A DNA stretch of 61,323 nucleotides, from contig JAUCBJ010002117.1 of NCBI GenBank assembly GCA_032718475.1, positions 1 through 61,323 on the forward strand, read 5' to 3'. The position numbers and the translations under genes are program-made. Source of the DNA: Nemertoderma westbladi. Lineage: Eukaryota > Animalia > Xenacoelomorpha. Under the pieces are notes generated by a model that had not been told where the DNA came from, did not search any database, and saw nothing but the letters and a program-made list of their open reading frames with translations. Numbering within the stretch: the stretch's first letter is position 1; every line of letters begins with the position of its first letter. Shown here piece by piece: positions 38,639 to 51,525 of this stretch.

Positions 38639-39510
38639 GCTTATCAATAAGTTTATCATACCTACGGACAATACGGCACTGTCACGTATGACATGTTGTT
38701 GAATACATTGTTTCGCGTCTTTTCTTTGTTTATGGTATTGTGATTAAGTATTAGTAAAGAACTTAAATCCGTTTACACAATTATTCTCTTGTTGTTGTTT
38801 TCGCCTGTCATTTTTATGTCCGTATTTTTCTAAAGAGTAATGAGTTCTTAATAACCGCGGAATTATCATGTAACATGGCATATAACTATTAACAGCAGTA
38901 TATTACGCTTATTACAGTAATTATTGTTATTATTTAATTACTTACCTGTATATATTTTCTATTTATATTTAATGTAATCTGTCTCTACTGCCTTAGTCGA
39001 TTATGAAAATCGACTTGACTATTTCTAGTGTTTTTCGATGTTCTTTACAATGTTAATTTTTTAAATATGAAAAATTAAGTTTTTAAATGTATTCACTGTA
39101 TAGTATGTAGGACCTGTTTATTTTTTGTTATTAATCTACGATGTTTACTGACTTATTATTTACTATGCTTAATTACCGAAATGAACTCTTTATTTTGTAC
39201 AATCCCATTAGTCATGTAATTTTTTCAATAAGCCTATAGTTTATGTATGTGTAATCTATGTCCGTTATTTTGTATTTGCTTTACTGTACGTTATTATGTA
39301 TGTGCGACTCAGAGAGACCTTAATTACAATATAGCCAGCCAAATGGTGAAATCAGGGACATTTCAGGGAATTTAGAAAAATAGGTTTCGGTATTTTTTGT
39401 GGATATTTTCATTTAAATTTCTCCATTAGGATTTTAAAAACTTTGTTCTCAAAACATCATTCATTGAAATTAGTCTAACTGAACCAACTAAACTAAACCA
39501 ATTCATCAGT

Positions 39511-42500
39511 CGTGACACTGTTCTGTAACCGGCACACACCTAAACAATGCACCGTGACACTGCTCTGTAACCGACACACACCTAAACAATGCACCGTGAC
39601 ACTGCTCTGTAACCGGCACACCACTAAACAATGCACCATGACACTGCTCTGTAACCGGCACACACCTAAACAATGCACCGTGACAATGCTCTGTAACCGG
39701 CACACACCTAAACAATGCACCGTGACACTGCTCTGTAACCGGCACACACCTAAACAATGCACCGTGACAATGCTCTGTAACCGGCACACACCTAAACAAT
39801 GCACCGTGACACTGCTCTGTAACCGACACACACCTAAACAATGCACCGTGACACTGCTCTGTAACCGGCACACACCTAAACAATGCACCGTGACAATGCT
39901 CTGTAACCGGCACACACCTAAACAATGCACCGTGACACTGCTCTGTAACCGACACACACCTAAACAATGCACCGTGACACTGCTCTGTAACCGGCACACA
40001 CCTAAGCAATGCACCGTGACACTGCTCTGTAACCGGCACACACCTAAACAATGCACCGTGACACTGCTCTGTAACCGGCACACACCTAAACAATGCACCG
40101 TGACACTGCTCTGTAACCGGCACAAACCTAAACAATACACCGTAACAATGCTCTGTAACCGGCACACACATAAACAATGCACCGTGGCACTGCTCTGTAA
40201 CCGGCACACACCTAAACAATGCACCGTGACACTGCTCTGTAACCGGCACACACCTAAACAATATACCGTGACACTGCTCTGTAACCGGCACACACCTAAA
40301 CAATGCACCGTGACACTGCTCTGTCAACAATGCACTGTGACACTGCTCTGTAACCGGCACACACATAAAACAAAGCACCGTGACTCTGCTCTGTAACCGG
40401 CACACACATAAACAATGCATCGTGACACTGCTCTGTAACCGGCACACACCTAAACAATGCACCGTGACACTGTTCTGTCAACAATGCACGGTGACACTGC
40501 TCTGTAACCCGCACACACCAAAACAATGCACCGTGACACTGCTCTGTAACCAACACACCACTAAACAATGCACCGTGACACTGCTCTGTAACCGGCACAC
40601 ACCTAAACAATGCACCGTGACACTGCTCTGTAACCGGCACACACCTAACTAAACAATACTCCGTGACACTGCTCTGTAACTGGCACTCACCTCAACAATG
40701 CACCGTGACACTGCTCTGTAACCGGCACACACCTAAACAATGCACCGTGACGCTGCTCTGTAACCGACACACACCTAAACAATGCACCGTGACACTGCTC
40801 TGTAACCCTCACATACCTAAACAATGCACCGTTACACTGCTCTGTAACCGGCACACACCTAAACAATGCACCGTGACACTCCTATGAAACCGGCACACAC
40901 CTAAACAATGCACAGTGACACTGCTCTGTAACCGGCACACACCTAAACAATGCACCGTGACACTGCTCTGTAACCGGCACACACATAAACAATGCACCGT
41001 GACACTGCTCTGTAACCGGCACTCACCTCAACAATGCACCGTGACACTGCTCTGTAACCGGCACACACCTAAACAATGCACCGTCACACTGCTCTGTAAC
41101 CGGCACTCACCTCAACAATGCACCGTGACACTGCTCTGTAACCGGCACACACCTAAACCCTAAACAATGCACCGTGACACTGCTCTGTAACCGGCCCACA
41201 CCTAACTAAACAATACTCCGTGACACTGCTCTGTAACCGGCACACACCTAACTAAACAATGCACCGTGACACTGCTCTGTAACCGGCACTCACCTCAACA
41301 ATGCACCGTGACACTGCTCTGTAACCGGCACACACATAAACAATGCACCGTGACAATGCTCTGTAACCGGCACACACCTAAACAATGCACCGTGACACTG
41401 CTCTGTAACCGGCACACACCTAAACAATGCACCGTGACAATGCTCTGTAACCGGCACACACCTAAACAATGCACCGTGACACTGCTCTGTAACCGACACA
41501 CACCTAAACAATGCACCGTGACACTGCTCTGTAACCGGCACACACCTAAACAATGCACCGTGACAATGCTCTGTAACCGGCACACACCTAAACAATGCAC
41601 CGTGACACTGCTCTGTAACCGACACACACCTAAACAATGCACCGTGACACTGCTCTGTAACCGGCACACACCTAAACAATGCACCGTGACACTGCTCTGT
41701 AACCGGCACACACCTAAACAATGCACCGTGACACTGCTCTGTAACCGGCACACACCTAAACAATGCACCGTGACACTGCTCTGTAACCGGCACAAACCTA
41801 AACAATACACCGTAACAATGCTCTGTAACCGGCACACACAAACAATGCACCGTGGCACTGCTCTGTAACCGGCACACACCTAAACAATGCACCGTGACAC
41901 TGCTCTGTAACCGGCACACACCTGAACAATGTACCGTGACACTGCTCTGTAACCGGCACACACCTAAACAATGCACCGTGACACTGCTCTGTCAACAATG
42001 CACTGTGACACTGCTCTGTAACCGGCACACACATAAAACAAAGCACCGTGACTCTGCTCTGTAACCGGCACACACATAAACAATGCATCGTGACACTGCT
42101 CTGTAACCGGCACACACCTAAACAATGCACCGTGACACTGTTCTGTCAACAATGCACGGTGACACTGCTCTGTAACCCGCACACACCAAAACAATGCACC
42201 GTGACACTGCTCTGTAACCAACACACCACTAAACAATGCACCGTGACACTGCTCTGTAACCGGCACACACCTAAACAATGCACCGTGACACTGCTCTGTA
42301 ACCGGCACACACCTAACTAAACAATACTCCGTGACACTGCTCTGTAACTGGCACTCACCTCAACAATGCACCGTGACACTGCTCTGTAACCGGCACACAC
42401 CTAAACAATGCACCGTGACGCTGCTCTGTAACCGACACACACCTAAACAATGCACCGTGACACTGCTCTGTAACCCTCACATACCTAAACAATGCACCGT

Positions 42501-43292
42501 TACACTGCTCTGTAACCGGCACACACCTAAACAATGCACCGTGACACTCCTATGAAACCGGCACACACCTAAACAATGCACAGTGACACTGCTCTGTAAC
42601 CGGCACACACCTAAACAATGCACCGTGACACTGCTCTGTAACCGGCACACACATAAACAATGCACCGTGACACTGCTCTGTAACCGGCACTCACCTCAAC
42701 AATGCACCGTGACACTGCTCTGTAACCGGCACACACCTAAACAATGCACCGTCACACTGCTCTGTAACCGGCACTCACCTCAACAATGCACCGTGACACT
42801 GCTCTGTAACCGGCACACACCTAAACCCTAAACAATGCACCGTGACACTGCTCTGTAACCGGCACACACCTAACTAAACAATACTCCGTGACACTGCTCT
42901 GTAACCGGCACACACCTAACTAAACAATGCACCGTGACACTGCTCTGTAACCGGCACACACATAAACAATGCACCGTGACAATGCTCTGTAACCGGCACA
43001 CACCTAAACAATGCACCGTGACAATGCTCTGTAACCGGCACACACCTAAACAATGCACCGTGACACTGCTATGTAACCGGCACACACCTAAACCCTAAAC
43101 AAAGCACCGTGACAATGCTCTGTAACCGGCACACACCTAAACAATGTACCGTGACACTGCTCTGTAACCGGCACACACCTAAACCCTAAACAATGCACTG
43201 TGACACTGCTCTGTAACCGGCACACACCTAAACAATGCACCGTGACACTGCTCTGTAACCGACACAGACATAAACAATGCACCGTGACACTG
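39511..43292. repeat. Second 42-bp minisatellite with a 1668-bp higher-order duplication
   Basis: Unit cgtgacactgctctgtaaccggcacacacctaaacaatgcac; identical variant blocks at 40296/41964, 40663/42331, 40915/42583. Confidence 0.97.
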
Positions 43293-44234
43293 ACATCTGA
43301 CACTGACACTTGATCGTTCTTGCGGTAGCAGCATCCATCAAATCTGTTTTGGCTTATATGTTGTTTAGGCAGGGTGATGTCGGTTGTACGAGTGGTCCTT
43401 TGGTAATTACGTCATCGTAGAGTGTTTCCGAAGCCTGTGTAGATATCATGATGGTTCGTGTATGAGCCTAGGTCGGGCTTCCCAACTCCCTGCTGTGAAT
43501 CGTGATAAATTCCTACCGACAGCGGAGGAATACCAGTTGTTAGACAGTTGGTTACGTGCCGCTAAAAGCTTCCCCTCTTTTCACCGATGGGCCAGGGTAG
43601 CAATGTCAGGTAGATGTTGCGTATTTATTTCCAACTTTTTTATATTTCGTACGATGTATTCTGCGGGGCGGGAGTCCAGAATTTTTCGCCGAACTTTTCC
43701 GGCATCCACGTCTCACTACGTCGCTTTCGGCTGTGATTTCGTAGTATAGAATTAAGCTGGTATCCAATCACGGCCGCGCAGGGGCTTATTATTTCGCATT
43801 TATATAAACTCAATAAAGGAAACAGTTATTGGCTATGCTGTATATAACACGGATTAAATAAATCGTATAGAAAATTTGCATGTTTATGTGGTCTACCTAT
43901 TAATTGGTGCTTTGTGCAATTATTATTATATTGCTACTTTACATAATTAGCAGTAAAGTTATTGTTATTAAATGTTTTGTAATTATTATTATATTTTTGA
44001 GTAATAATGTATTACCCAATAAGTTGCGATCGTGTATTCGACCAGCAAACTATCCCGAAATAAAATTTTGGAATTCATTTAACTTTTTTATCTCAATTAT
44101 TTGTAATATTAATTAACCCTTAGTCTCAGCTTGATATTAGCTGATTTTGGTAACACCGCAACTTCTCGTAACAGGTGAGACAAAGGGAGAGCTTACAGAA
44201 GATTAGCTCTTACACTGCTGCACTATACTGTACT

Positions 44235-45492
44235 TGTACGCGCTTTTGAAGACCTTTAGCAGTTTAACCTGCCAAAATTTATATGTCTTTTGGTTTATAA
44301 ATAGACTTTAGAAGTTGACAAATATTTAATACCAATAAACACAACATTAGCAGAAGCCAGCCTAGTGCGCGTCCATTCACCCGCTGGATATACCCGGGAG
44401 ACTGGATTCTGAGGGCTTAGATTATTATTGCAGTGTAAGCTTACTGTATTATTCGATTGATCGTTAATAAATAATTTCTGACTAATATTATTCACTTTCG
44501 GGAAATATTAACAGTTCCTTTAGGACGTGGCGCTCTATCTAGGTAAACAGAGATATGACTTATACTAATCACAACGGTAAGTCGGTAAGGCTTATGATTC
44601 ACGTATGAGGCGCATTCTTTAGGAAATGCTTAGTTATCAGTAACAATCAGGCACACTACCGGTAACACACAATACTGCTCACTAATTTGCCGACCGTCAA
44701 TGAATTTTATCATATATAAAGAGAACAGCAACTGACTCATGTAGTGCTTATCAAATAGCATTAAATTCACTACAAACCACAATAATATAAGTCGCAATCG
44801 CTATATGTAACCTGTCTCTCTAACCTGTAGTGTATCAAGAAAATTGGGAAATTTGGGTTCTTTATAAATGTTCTCCAAATAATATTCAACCAACTGATAC
44901 AAAATATGACAACAGTAAAAAGCATTAAGACGGTAGGTTAAGATATGATATGTTATGAATTGAACTGATATGGACCGATAACAGTTATACGCTCTATAAT
45001 CTTAAGCCTACTAATGTTTCTTCTAAAAGTCTTAAACGAATTGACTCTAGAGCCGGTGTTCCTGGCCTAGATAGAAACAACACAACAGTATCAAGAAAAA
45101 ACAGTAAGACTGAACACTCCCAGCACGATCTGCCAAAAAATCTCCACATCGACAGAAAAAATCGCTCTGATTGGCTGTTAAGCTAAACAAAGAACCATGT
45201 GTCCAATGGCCGTTTCCATGTCAGCAACCAGCTGTTAGATGTCGTAATCTGAATCATCAAGGTTAAGCTGTGCCAGGGTATTCGGTGCATTGCGGGTTTT
45301 TTGCCTTACCATGTCCGCCAAAGCACGTATATAGAAGAATGACTTTTATGTCCGTTAAAACACCTATAACGGTACCTTGCGGGCGAGGGGGATATATATA
45401 TAGTTAGAGAGCTTTTTAGAGTATTCCAGCGCCTGGGGGGAAACTGGATTGCAAAGCAAAAGGGCCAGTTATATCCCACAGAAGCTTTTACA
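44235..45492 (-). repeat. 3' LTR (left boundary may extend to ~44102)
   Basis: tgtacgcgcttttgaagacc ... cagaagcttttaca, repeated at 55035-56289. Confidence 0.9.
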
Positions 45493-45570
45493 CCGCTCCC
45501 AGAAAATGGGATTTGAGTCTATAAAATATACAAAATCACAGTTTCTAATATACGTAAATACTCTAAACAG

Positions 45571-47020
45571 TTAGTCTTTCTTACGCGGACGGCGTTTACG
45601 CAGTTTTTTAAAGCTAGCCAGAGTCTTTTTCTCTTTGGGGCGAGCCACTTTACAAGGAGGGCTATAACTCCTGGGTGAAGGGTGCAATATGATTGCATCA
45701 GAGGGTGTAGGATTATGGTCGGTGTATCCGCCAGTCGAAGTACCGGGTTGATTGACATCAACGTCGGGGGAGAGGGGTCTAACGGCTTTGAGAGCTCGTT
45801 TTAAGACAGCCGCTCTTACGGGTCCTTTACGAGTGGTCTGAACGAGAGCCGTGGGTGGACCATAGGCAGTTAGAAACCTCCGGGGTTTAATGGTTCTTTC
45901 CAACTCGCGTTCGCAGGCTCGGTATTCATAAGGCCGTCGATATACTTCCTGTAACTCGGGGTGTGAGTTAACAAATAAGTCTCCATAGTCCGGGTCCTGA
46001 CGGATATAATTGATTAAGCTATAGGAATGAAGGTCGCTAGGATTAACACTCCTGAGAAATTTGCGTACGAACTTGGTTGAAATACATTCTCCGACGCGCT
46101 TCAGTAGTTCGTAACTCGATATGCGTGATTTCTGTTCGACAGAAGCGAATAGATAAGGATGGAACGCATAAACTCCTTCGTAAGCGCGTCCAGGATAATA
46201 ACGATGGCGCGAATCACAATGTAAATCAGCGTTCGCTTCCCAAGCTCTGATGTAACGTAGTGTGATCATTTCATCTACGCTTTCCAAATCGTGATTAAAA
46301 AGGGCAATCGAAACTGGCGCGTCCCTTTAGTTGACAATGGTGCCATTGAGTCATAAATTGAGGGCAAACCGCAAAAATGTGCAAGTTATTGAGTCTGCAA
46401 TACGCGCAATAAATTTCCATCGCCGGTTGTTCGTGGAAATAGGAACAGCGGACGTTTGTGTCCATGGGCGTAACATGGTCTCTCGATGCGCATAACCGAC
46501 AACGTTGCCGAGAAACATAGTTGGCATGGCGATAATCGTACGCAGTGAGACACTGTGGACCTTGATACCATTCTAGGATGTAATCGTTGTCGCTGTTCCG
46601 GGCGCGATAGGCTGAATCTCCTCAGATTCTAGGCATATTGGTTCGTCTTCCCAGTCTGTTACGAATAGAATTTTCGTGATCTATTCTCGGTTTATCGTTA
46701 CGACTCCGCTGGGTATGATATTTAAATAGAACCATTTCCCTTTCGGTGTCTACATCGTCCGTATCATGTAAATCGATAGGATGGCCGGTAGTTAGGAAGT
46801 CCATATACGTACCATTACGATGCGTATAGCGAGCGGTGAATTTTCGATAGTCCAATTCACGCGTAAGTTGCTCTTGGGACATCGGCGGTTCGATATAACG
46901 ACCATCGTCCTCCGTAATGGTTGGATCGGTTTCACCGCGTATCAAGCTATCCACAAATGCTTGTAAAGGTAGAGTATATCGCTCCCTGATACCAAGATCA
47001 TCTTCTATCAACTCCGTCAT
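45571..47020 (-). pseudogene. Accessory ORF of the BEL/Pao element (~482 aa reconstructed) with three zinc-knuckle-like motifs and a basic tail
   Basis: Track ORFs 46622-47020 and 45571-46287 join through one in-frame TGA (46624-46622) and one extra T in a homopolymer (~46297-46301); the linker reads CRLCASRDH...C, CAYCRLNNLHIFAVC, WHHCQLKGRASFDC. Confidence 0.7.
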
Positions 47021-48647
47021 ATCTGCTATCTGAGTTTATTAATATCGAAATGAGTTTATGTTTAGGCGAGCGGACGTCGCTGCCTACCTCTCTTTGCCCC
47101 CGGACAGTGGGATTCTCAGCGCCGATGTACCGTCGTCGCGGTGTTTACGCCAACATGTAGCAACAGCACGACAACGATAACCGGCACAAGTCACTCCACT
47201 GTCCGTCCCAAAGGCTTGAATCCACTTTAGGTTCTTTCTATAGGAGAGTTGGGCTACTTTCACAATTGCGACTAGCTACTGTAAACATACTTTAGCAGTA
47301 ACATTCACCTATAAACGCACAAATTCCACACAACTGTCACCAATTGTACACATACAGGCCATTTGTCCGTTAGTCAGTGCCTTCCAGAATGTCACGTTAT
47401 TACTGTGTATCTTTGGATACTAACAGTGTGCTATGTATTCTCTATGCTATGCAATGGGACAAGCTTTCTATTGTTCTTTTAACTTGCTTCTAATTCTAGC
47501 GTGGGTGTTGCTATGGTGACATTATGGAAAGCTAGCGGTAGAATTAGGGTAATTCTCATGCATACAGATCTGGAATGCTATTTAATAGTAATTCTTTAAT
47601 TGTCAATATCCTCTTTATGCATGATTTTATTAATTTTATCGGCTATTGACTATATGTTGGAGATTCTCGCACTCTAATACACTCAATAGGATGAATCTCC
47701 GCTCCCATGATCTATTAATTAATGGAATTTTGGGAATGTTATAAATTGCACAAAATGACAATTTATGAAATTCATTTAAAATATGAATTTAAATTTATTC
47801 CCGTGAATTTTATTATTTGATGTTAAAATTGACACAATTTTTATTCCAGAGCATGTCTGGGGACTGAGGATCCTTAATTCTATAAAATTGTCTTTTAAGA
47901 GTATCGGTAAGTGCTGCGATATCTTAATTGACTAGAAATTTTAAAGGATCTGAATTTTACAGATTTTAATAAATATTAAATTAATATTTAAGATGGGCAC
48001 CGATTTATTCCAGAACTTGTCTGGAGACGTTAACCATTGATTCTAGAATTTGTCTTTCAAGTATATCGGTGGGTGCCGCGATATCTTAATCGACTAGAAT
48101 TACAGATGGTCAAAAGGTTTAACAGATTTATTTGCGTTTCACGCTACTGTTAGAGGGACATCACGCTACTATATGTATTATTATATATGGTATGAGAGCA
48201 ATATCGCACGAAGCAATGTCAGTGTGAAGAGGCAAGTCGTTTCCAAGGTCTACCCAGAGCTTGGTTTAGCCGAGACACGAGGATCTGAACTTTGCATTCC
48301 TAATACTCTGCCTACCAATAATACTTAAGTATAGTAGGAGCTTTATTGTACTTTAATAAGTACGGACATTTCATCTTACTGTAGTCACGTATTTATAATA
48401 TGATACGGACAGTAAGGAAAGAGAAAAAATAATTATTTCTCGCCGTCGCACTAAATATATTATAAGTAATTACGTACGTAATAAACACTAATATATTGCA
48501 CTAATCTACTAAATAATCACTAAAATAACATTCTACTAAATAAAATTAAAGGAAACGATTATAATAAAATTACATAATAATACATACATAAATATAAAAT
48601 AAAAACAAATATAAAATGATATAGTCACACGCCCACTCCATATGTTA

Positions 48648-51434
48648 TTACGTTATGGAGTCCCTAGATATTTGTCGGATTAGGGAAGTGGTCGTAGGAA
48701 GAGTATCTTGCCTTCCATAGTTTCCGGACAGTTTTCGGTCTCTTTCCAGTAAACATAAACGACTAGCTGGGCGATTGAGTTGTTGTGTTACTTTCTCCGC
48801 TCCCTTGGCCTGTCTAATCTCCGCCGTGGTAAGATGAGGAGGCCATTCTTCTTCTTCTTTACTTAAGGAGTCGGATCCACCTAACCAGCCTGGAGTATCT
48901 ATCAGTTCTTGAGGAGTTGCTCCTCTGGAAGCGATGTCGGCTGGATTAATCGTCCCAAGGCAATGTCTCCATTGATCTACATTGGAGTTAATATCGTCAT
49001 TATCTGAGGAGTATGGTGTTCCCTCAGTTGGATCGTCCACATCACTGCTCTCCACTTCCCATTCCTTTACTTGGTATACCTGTTGTTGAGGTAATCTCTC
49101 TTTGAGAGTTCTACGGGAAGGGCCAGTGAAGTACCAACCTACTCTAGTTCTTACCGCATAGGTTTGTAGTGGCTGCGGTTGAGCAGGCCGTTTCTCCAAT
49201 GTCTCGAGCGCCTCATGCGCGTTTTGGCCGATGAGTATTTGCACTCCAGGATAATCTGTCTGGAATCGAGGTATCTTAAGATGTTGGATGCTCTCATCCT
49301 CGTCCCAATTATAGAGGTCTGCTTGGGTAGTAGCGAAGTTCTTTATAGCCACCATTTTTACCGACCTTATACCTTGTGCTCCTAATTTATCCTGGGGGGT
49401 GGACAACACACCTACATAGTAATCTGCCGTTATGGTAGATTTCCAAACCTGCATAATTCCGGACATATTCAACTTAGTTTGGAATTTGGGTTGTCCAGCA
49501 AAGATGTCTTCGGCTAGTTCTTGATCGATGAATGTTCCTGTGCTGCCGGAGTCAAGGAGGGCGTTCACTATGTAACTTTTGGTAGGACCGTGAACTCTTA
49601 CCTGCACTACAGGAAATTCTCTGATTCCTACGTTGGAAGTTGGAGGTTTCCAAGATGGTTGTCTGTCAAAGGTAGTTAGGGGGAACTCATTGTCGGTGCC
49701 CTTCTCGCAAGCAAGCGCTCGATACACCGCGGTATTGATTAGGTAACAGGATTCGTTGGCGTCGGAGAATTCGTCAGTATAGAATCCTTCCATCTCAGAC
49801 TCTTGATCAGTGTCATTTACATCACTGAATTGGACATGTAGTTCGGGCTCACCTACCTGACTCGGGTTGTTTCGTTCGAACTCACTGTGTAACAAGATGT
49901 GATGTTTCGCGCCACACTTTGCACACTTTTCGTCGGAGTAACAGGTTCGCCGTTGGTGTCCTGATCTAAGGCAATTATAGCATAACCGCTTATTCCACAG
50001 GACTGCACGTCTGTCTACAAGGGATTTCTTTAGAAATTCAGCACACGCACTCAAACGGTGGGGCCCGTCGCACAGCGCACATTTTGGTTTGATATTACTC
50101 ACTTTACCTTGGGTAATGTTATGCACTCTCGTTCTTTCTTCGGGCTTTCTTCCGTGAATTCTCTTAGGAGACGTAGGAGGAGTTGTTGTTACCTGTTCTC
50201 TCCTGTCACTGGTTCGAGACTTGTATTTACTTACGTCTTTATAGGTCTTGTTGTCATAGTAAGATTTTGCTGTGTCTTTCCCGCTGTCCTCTTCTTGAGA
50301 AGCTTGGCTTTCGCCGTCGTCAGTATAACACACTGGTATTATCCTTCTCCTAGAAACGGGTTTCTCACTTACCTTATTTTCCCATGTTTTCTCTCTGGAC
50401 TGCTTTATGAGTTGTAATTTTACTTCACTATCTAAGAAGGACATGAGATCAGCCATGGTAGGGCTTCGTCGTTGTTGTTCATTCATGTACAACACTTTCT
50501 TGTCCCAGCGTGTACATACTCCACCCTTTGGTAAAGTAGAGACTACGGCTCCAATAACCATGGAACTCTGATATTCATGAGACTTACCTAACCAGTCCAA
50601 TTGTCTACAGAGCTCCTGAATCTCATCGGAAAACTCTATAATCCCGTTACTAAGGAAGTTTCGGGGGGCTACTAATTTTGCATACAAATACTTAGCTATG
50701 TTATCCTTGTTACCATACCTGATGTTTAATGTGTCCCAAACTTGTCTTAATCCATCTGGATGTCCAATAAACTTTAACGCCATTAACTTGGGAGGTCCTT
50801 CCAAGCACTTGATGAGGAATCTAAGTTTCTCTCCATTAGATAGTACAGAGTTCTGTATGCTATCTTTGTAATATTCATTGAAAGGTAACCATTTCATCTC
50901 ATCTCCATTGAATTGGACGATCTCTCCCACTTTAACCGCTTGGTGGGCTTCTGTACTAGCCATCTGACGCGTAAAGCTTTCTTGGGCCATCGTGTTATTT
51001 AATATCGAATTATCGGTATATAAATTTCTCGGATCATTATCAGGTCTATAGGGAATATCATTAACAACAGGTTTATAATCACCCTTAGTAGGGTTTGCTA
51101 TAGGAGTTTCTACTTCACTAGCAGTATAGATGCGTGTAGGCTTCACACCTTGCGCATGTAATACTTCAGACCTAACAGGTTGACACGATGTTACAGGGGG
51201 TATTGGTATACCCTTTTGTATATTGACTAATTTGTCGCGTTCCAGCGCGATACTTTGCTGCACTTCTTGCAATTCTGCCCTACCTTCCCTTACTGTTCCC
51301 TTAAGTTGGTGGACAGTCTCCTGCATCTGTCCGAGCAGGAGATTCATCCCCCGACGTCCCTCCTCTACCCACTCGACCGCCGAAGCGGGAGTCGCCAACA
51401 TTGTAGCGGGCCGACGCGGGACGACGGGAGACAA
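48648..51434 (-). CDS. BEL/Pao Gag-protease with short in-frame remnants of RNase H and the integrase C-terminus
   Basis: FNGDEMKWLPF...LSNGEKLRFLIKCLEG (DUF1759-like gag), triple knuckle CALCDGPH..C / CYNCLRSGH..C / CAKCGAKHHILLH, protease ALLDSGS, then QWRH...NPADIASRG...WLGG...WP and RPASRLCLLE; no RT or DDE core. Confidence 0.9.
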   Translation of the reverse strand: MSPVVPRRPATMLATPASAVEWVEEGRRGMNLLLGQMQETVHQLKGTVREGRAELQEVQQSIALERDKLVNIQKGIPIPPVTSCQPVRSEVLHAQGVKPTRIYTASEVETPIANPTKGDYKPVVNDIPYRPDNDPRNLYTDNSILNNTMAQESFTRQMASTEAHQAVKVGEIVQFNGDEMKWLPFNEYYKDSIQNSVLSNGEKLRFLIKCLEGPPKLMALKFIGHPDGLRQVWDTLNIRYGNKDNIAKYLYAKLVAPRNFLSNGIIEFSDEIQELCRQLDWLGKSHEYQSSMVIGAVVSTLPKGGVCTRWDKKVLYMNEQQRRSPTMADLMSFLDSEVKLQLIKQSREKTWENKVSEKPVSRRRIIPVCYTDDGESQASQEEDSGKDTAKSYYDNKTYKDVSKYKSRTSDRREQVTTTPPTSPKRIHGRKPEERTRVHNITQGKVSNIKPKCALCDGPHRLSACAEFLKKSLVDRRAVLWNKRLCYNCLRSGHQRRTCYSDEKCAKCGAKHHILLHSEFERNNPSQVGEPELHVQFSDVNDTDQESEMEGFYTDEFSDANESCYLINTAVYRALACEKGTDNEFPLTTFDRQPSWKPPTSNVGIREFPVVQVRVHGPTKSYIVNALLDSGSTGTFIDQELAEDIFAGQPKFQTKLNMSGIMQVWKSTITADYYVGVLSTPQDKLGAQGIRSVKMVAIKNFATTQADLYNWDEDESIQHLKIPRFQTDYPGVQILIGQNAHEALETLEKRPAQPQPLQTYAVRTRVGWYFTGPSRRTLKERLPQQQVYQVKEWEVESSDVDDPTEGTPYSSDNDDINSNVDQWRHCLGTINPADIASRGATPQELIDTPGWLGGSDSLSKEEEEWPPHLTTAEIRQAKGAEKVTQQLNRPASRLCLLERDRKLSGNYGRQDTLPTTTSLIRQISRDSIT

Positions 51435-51525
51435 ATCCTTGATTTCTCTCTCTGCTTCCAGGACAGGGATATTCTCATGGACTGTTCTACCAGGTACAGG
51501 CAGTGTAGTACCGTGTAAAGGGAAT

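Noticed and set aside
39493-43309. Cys-rich ORFs on both strands
   Set aside because: Translations of the 42-bp satellite.
43310-43750. GC-richer stretch with a 121-aa ORF, possibly a decayed transposon gene
   Set aside because: No recognisable motif in the frames I read; cannot support a call.
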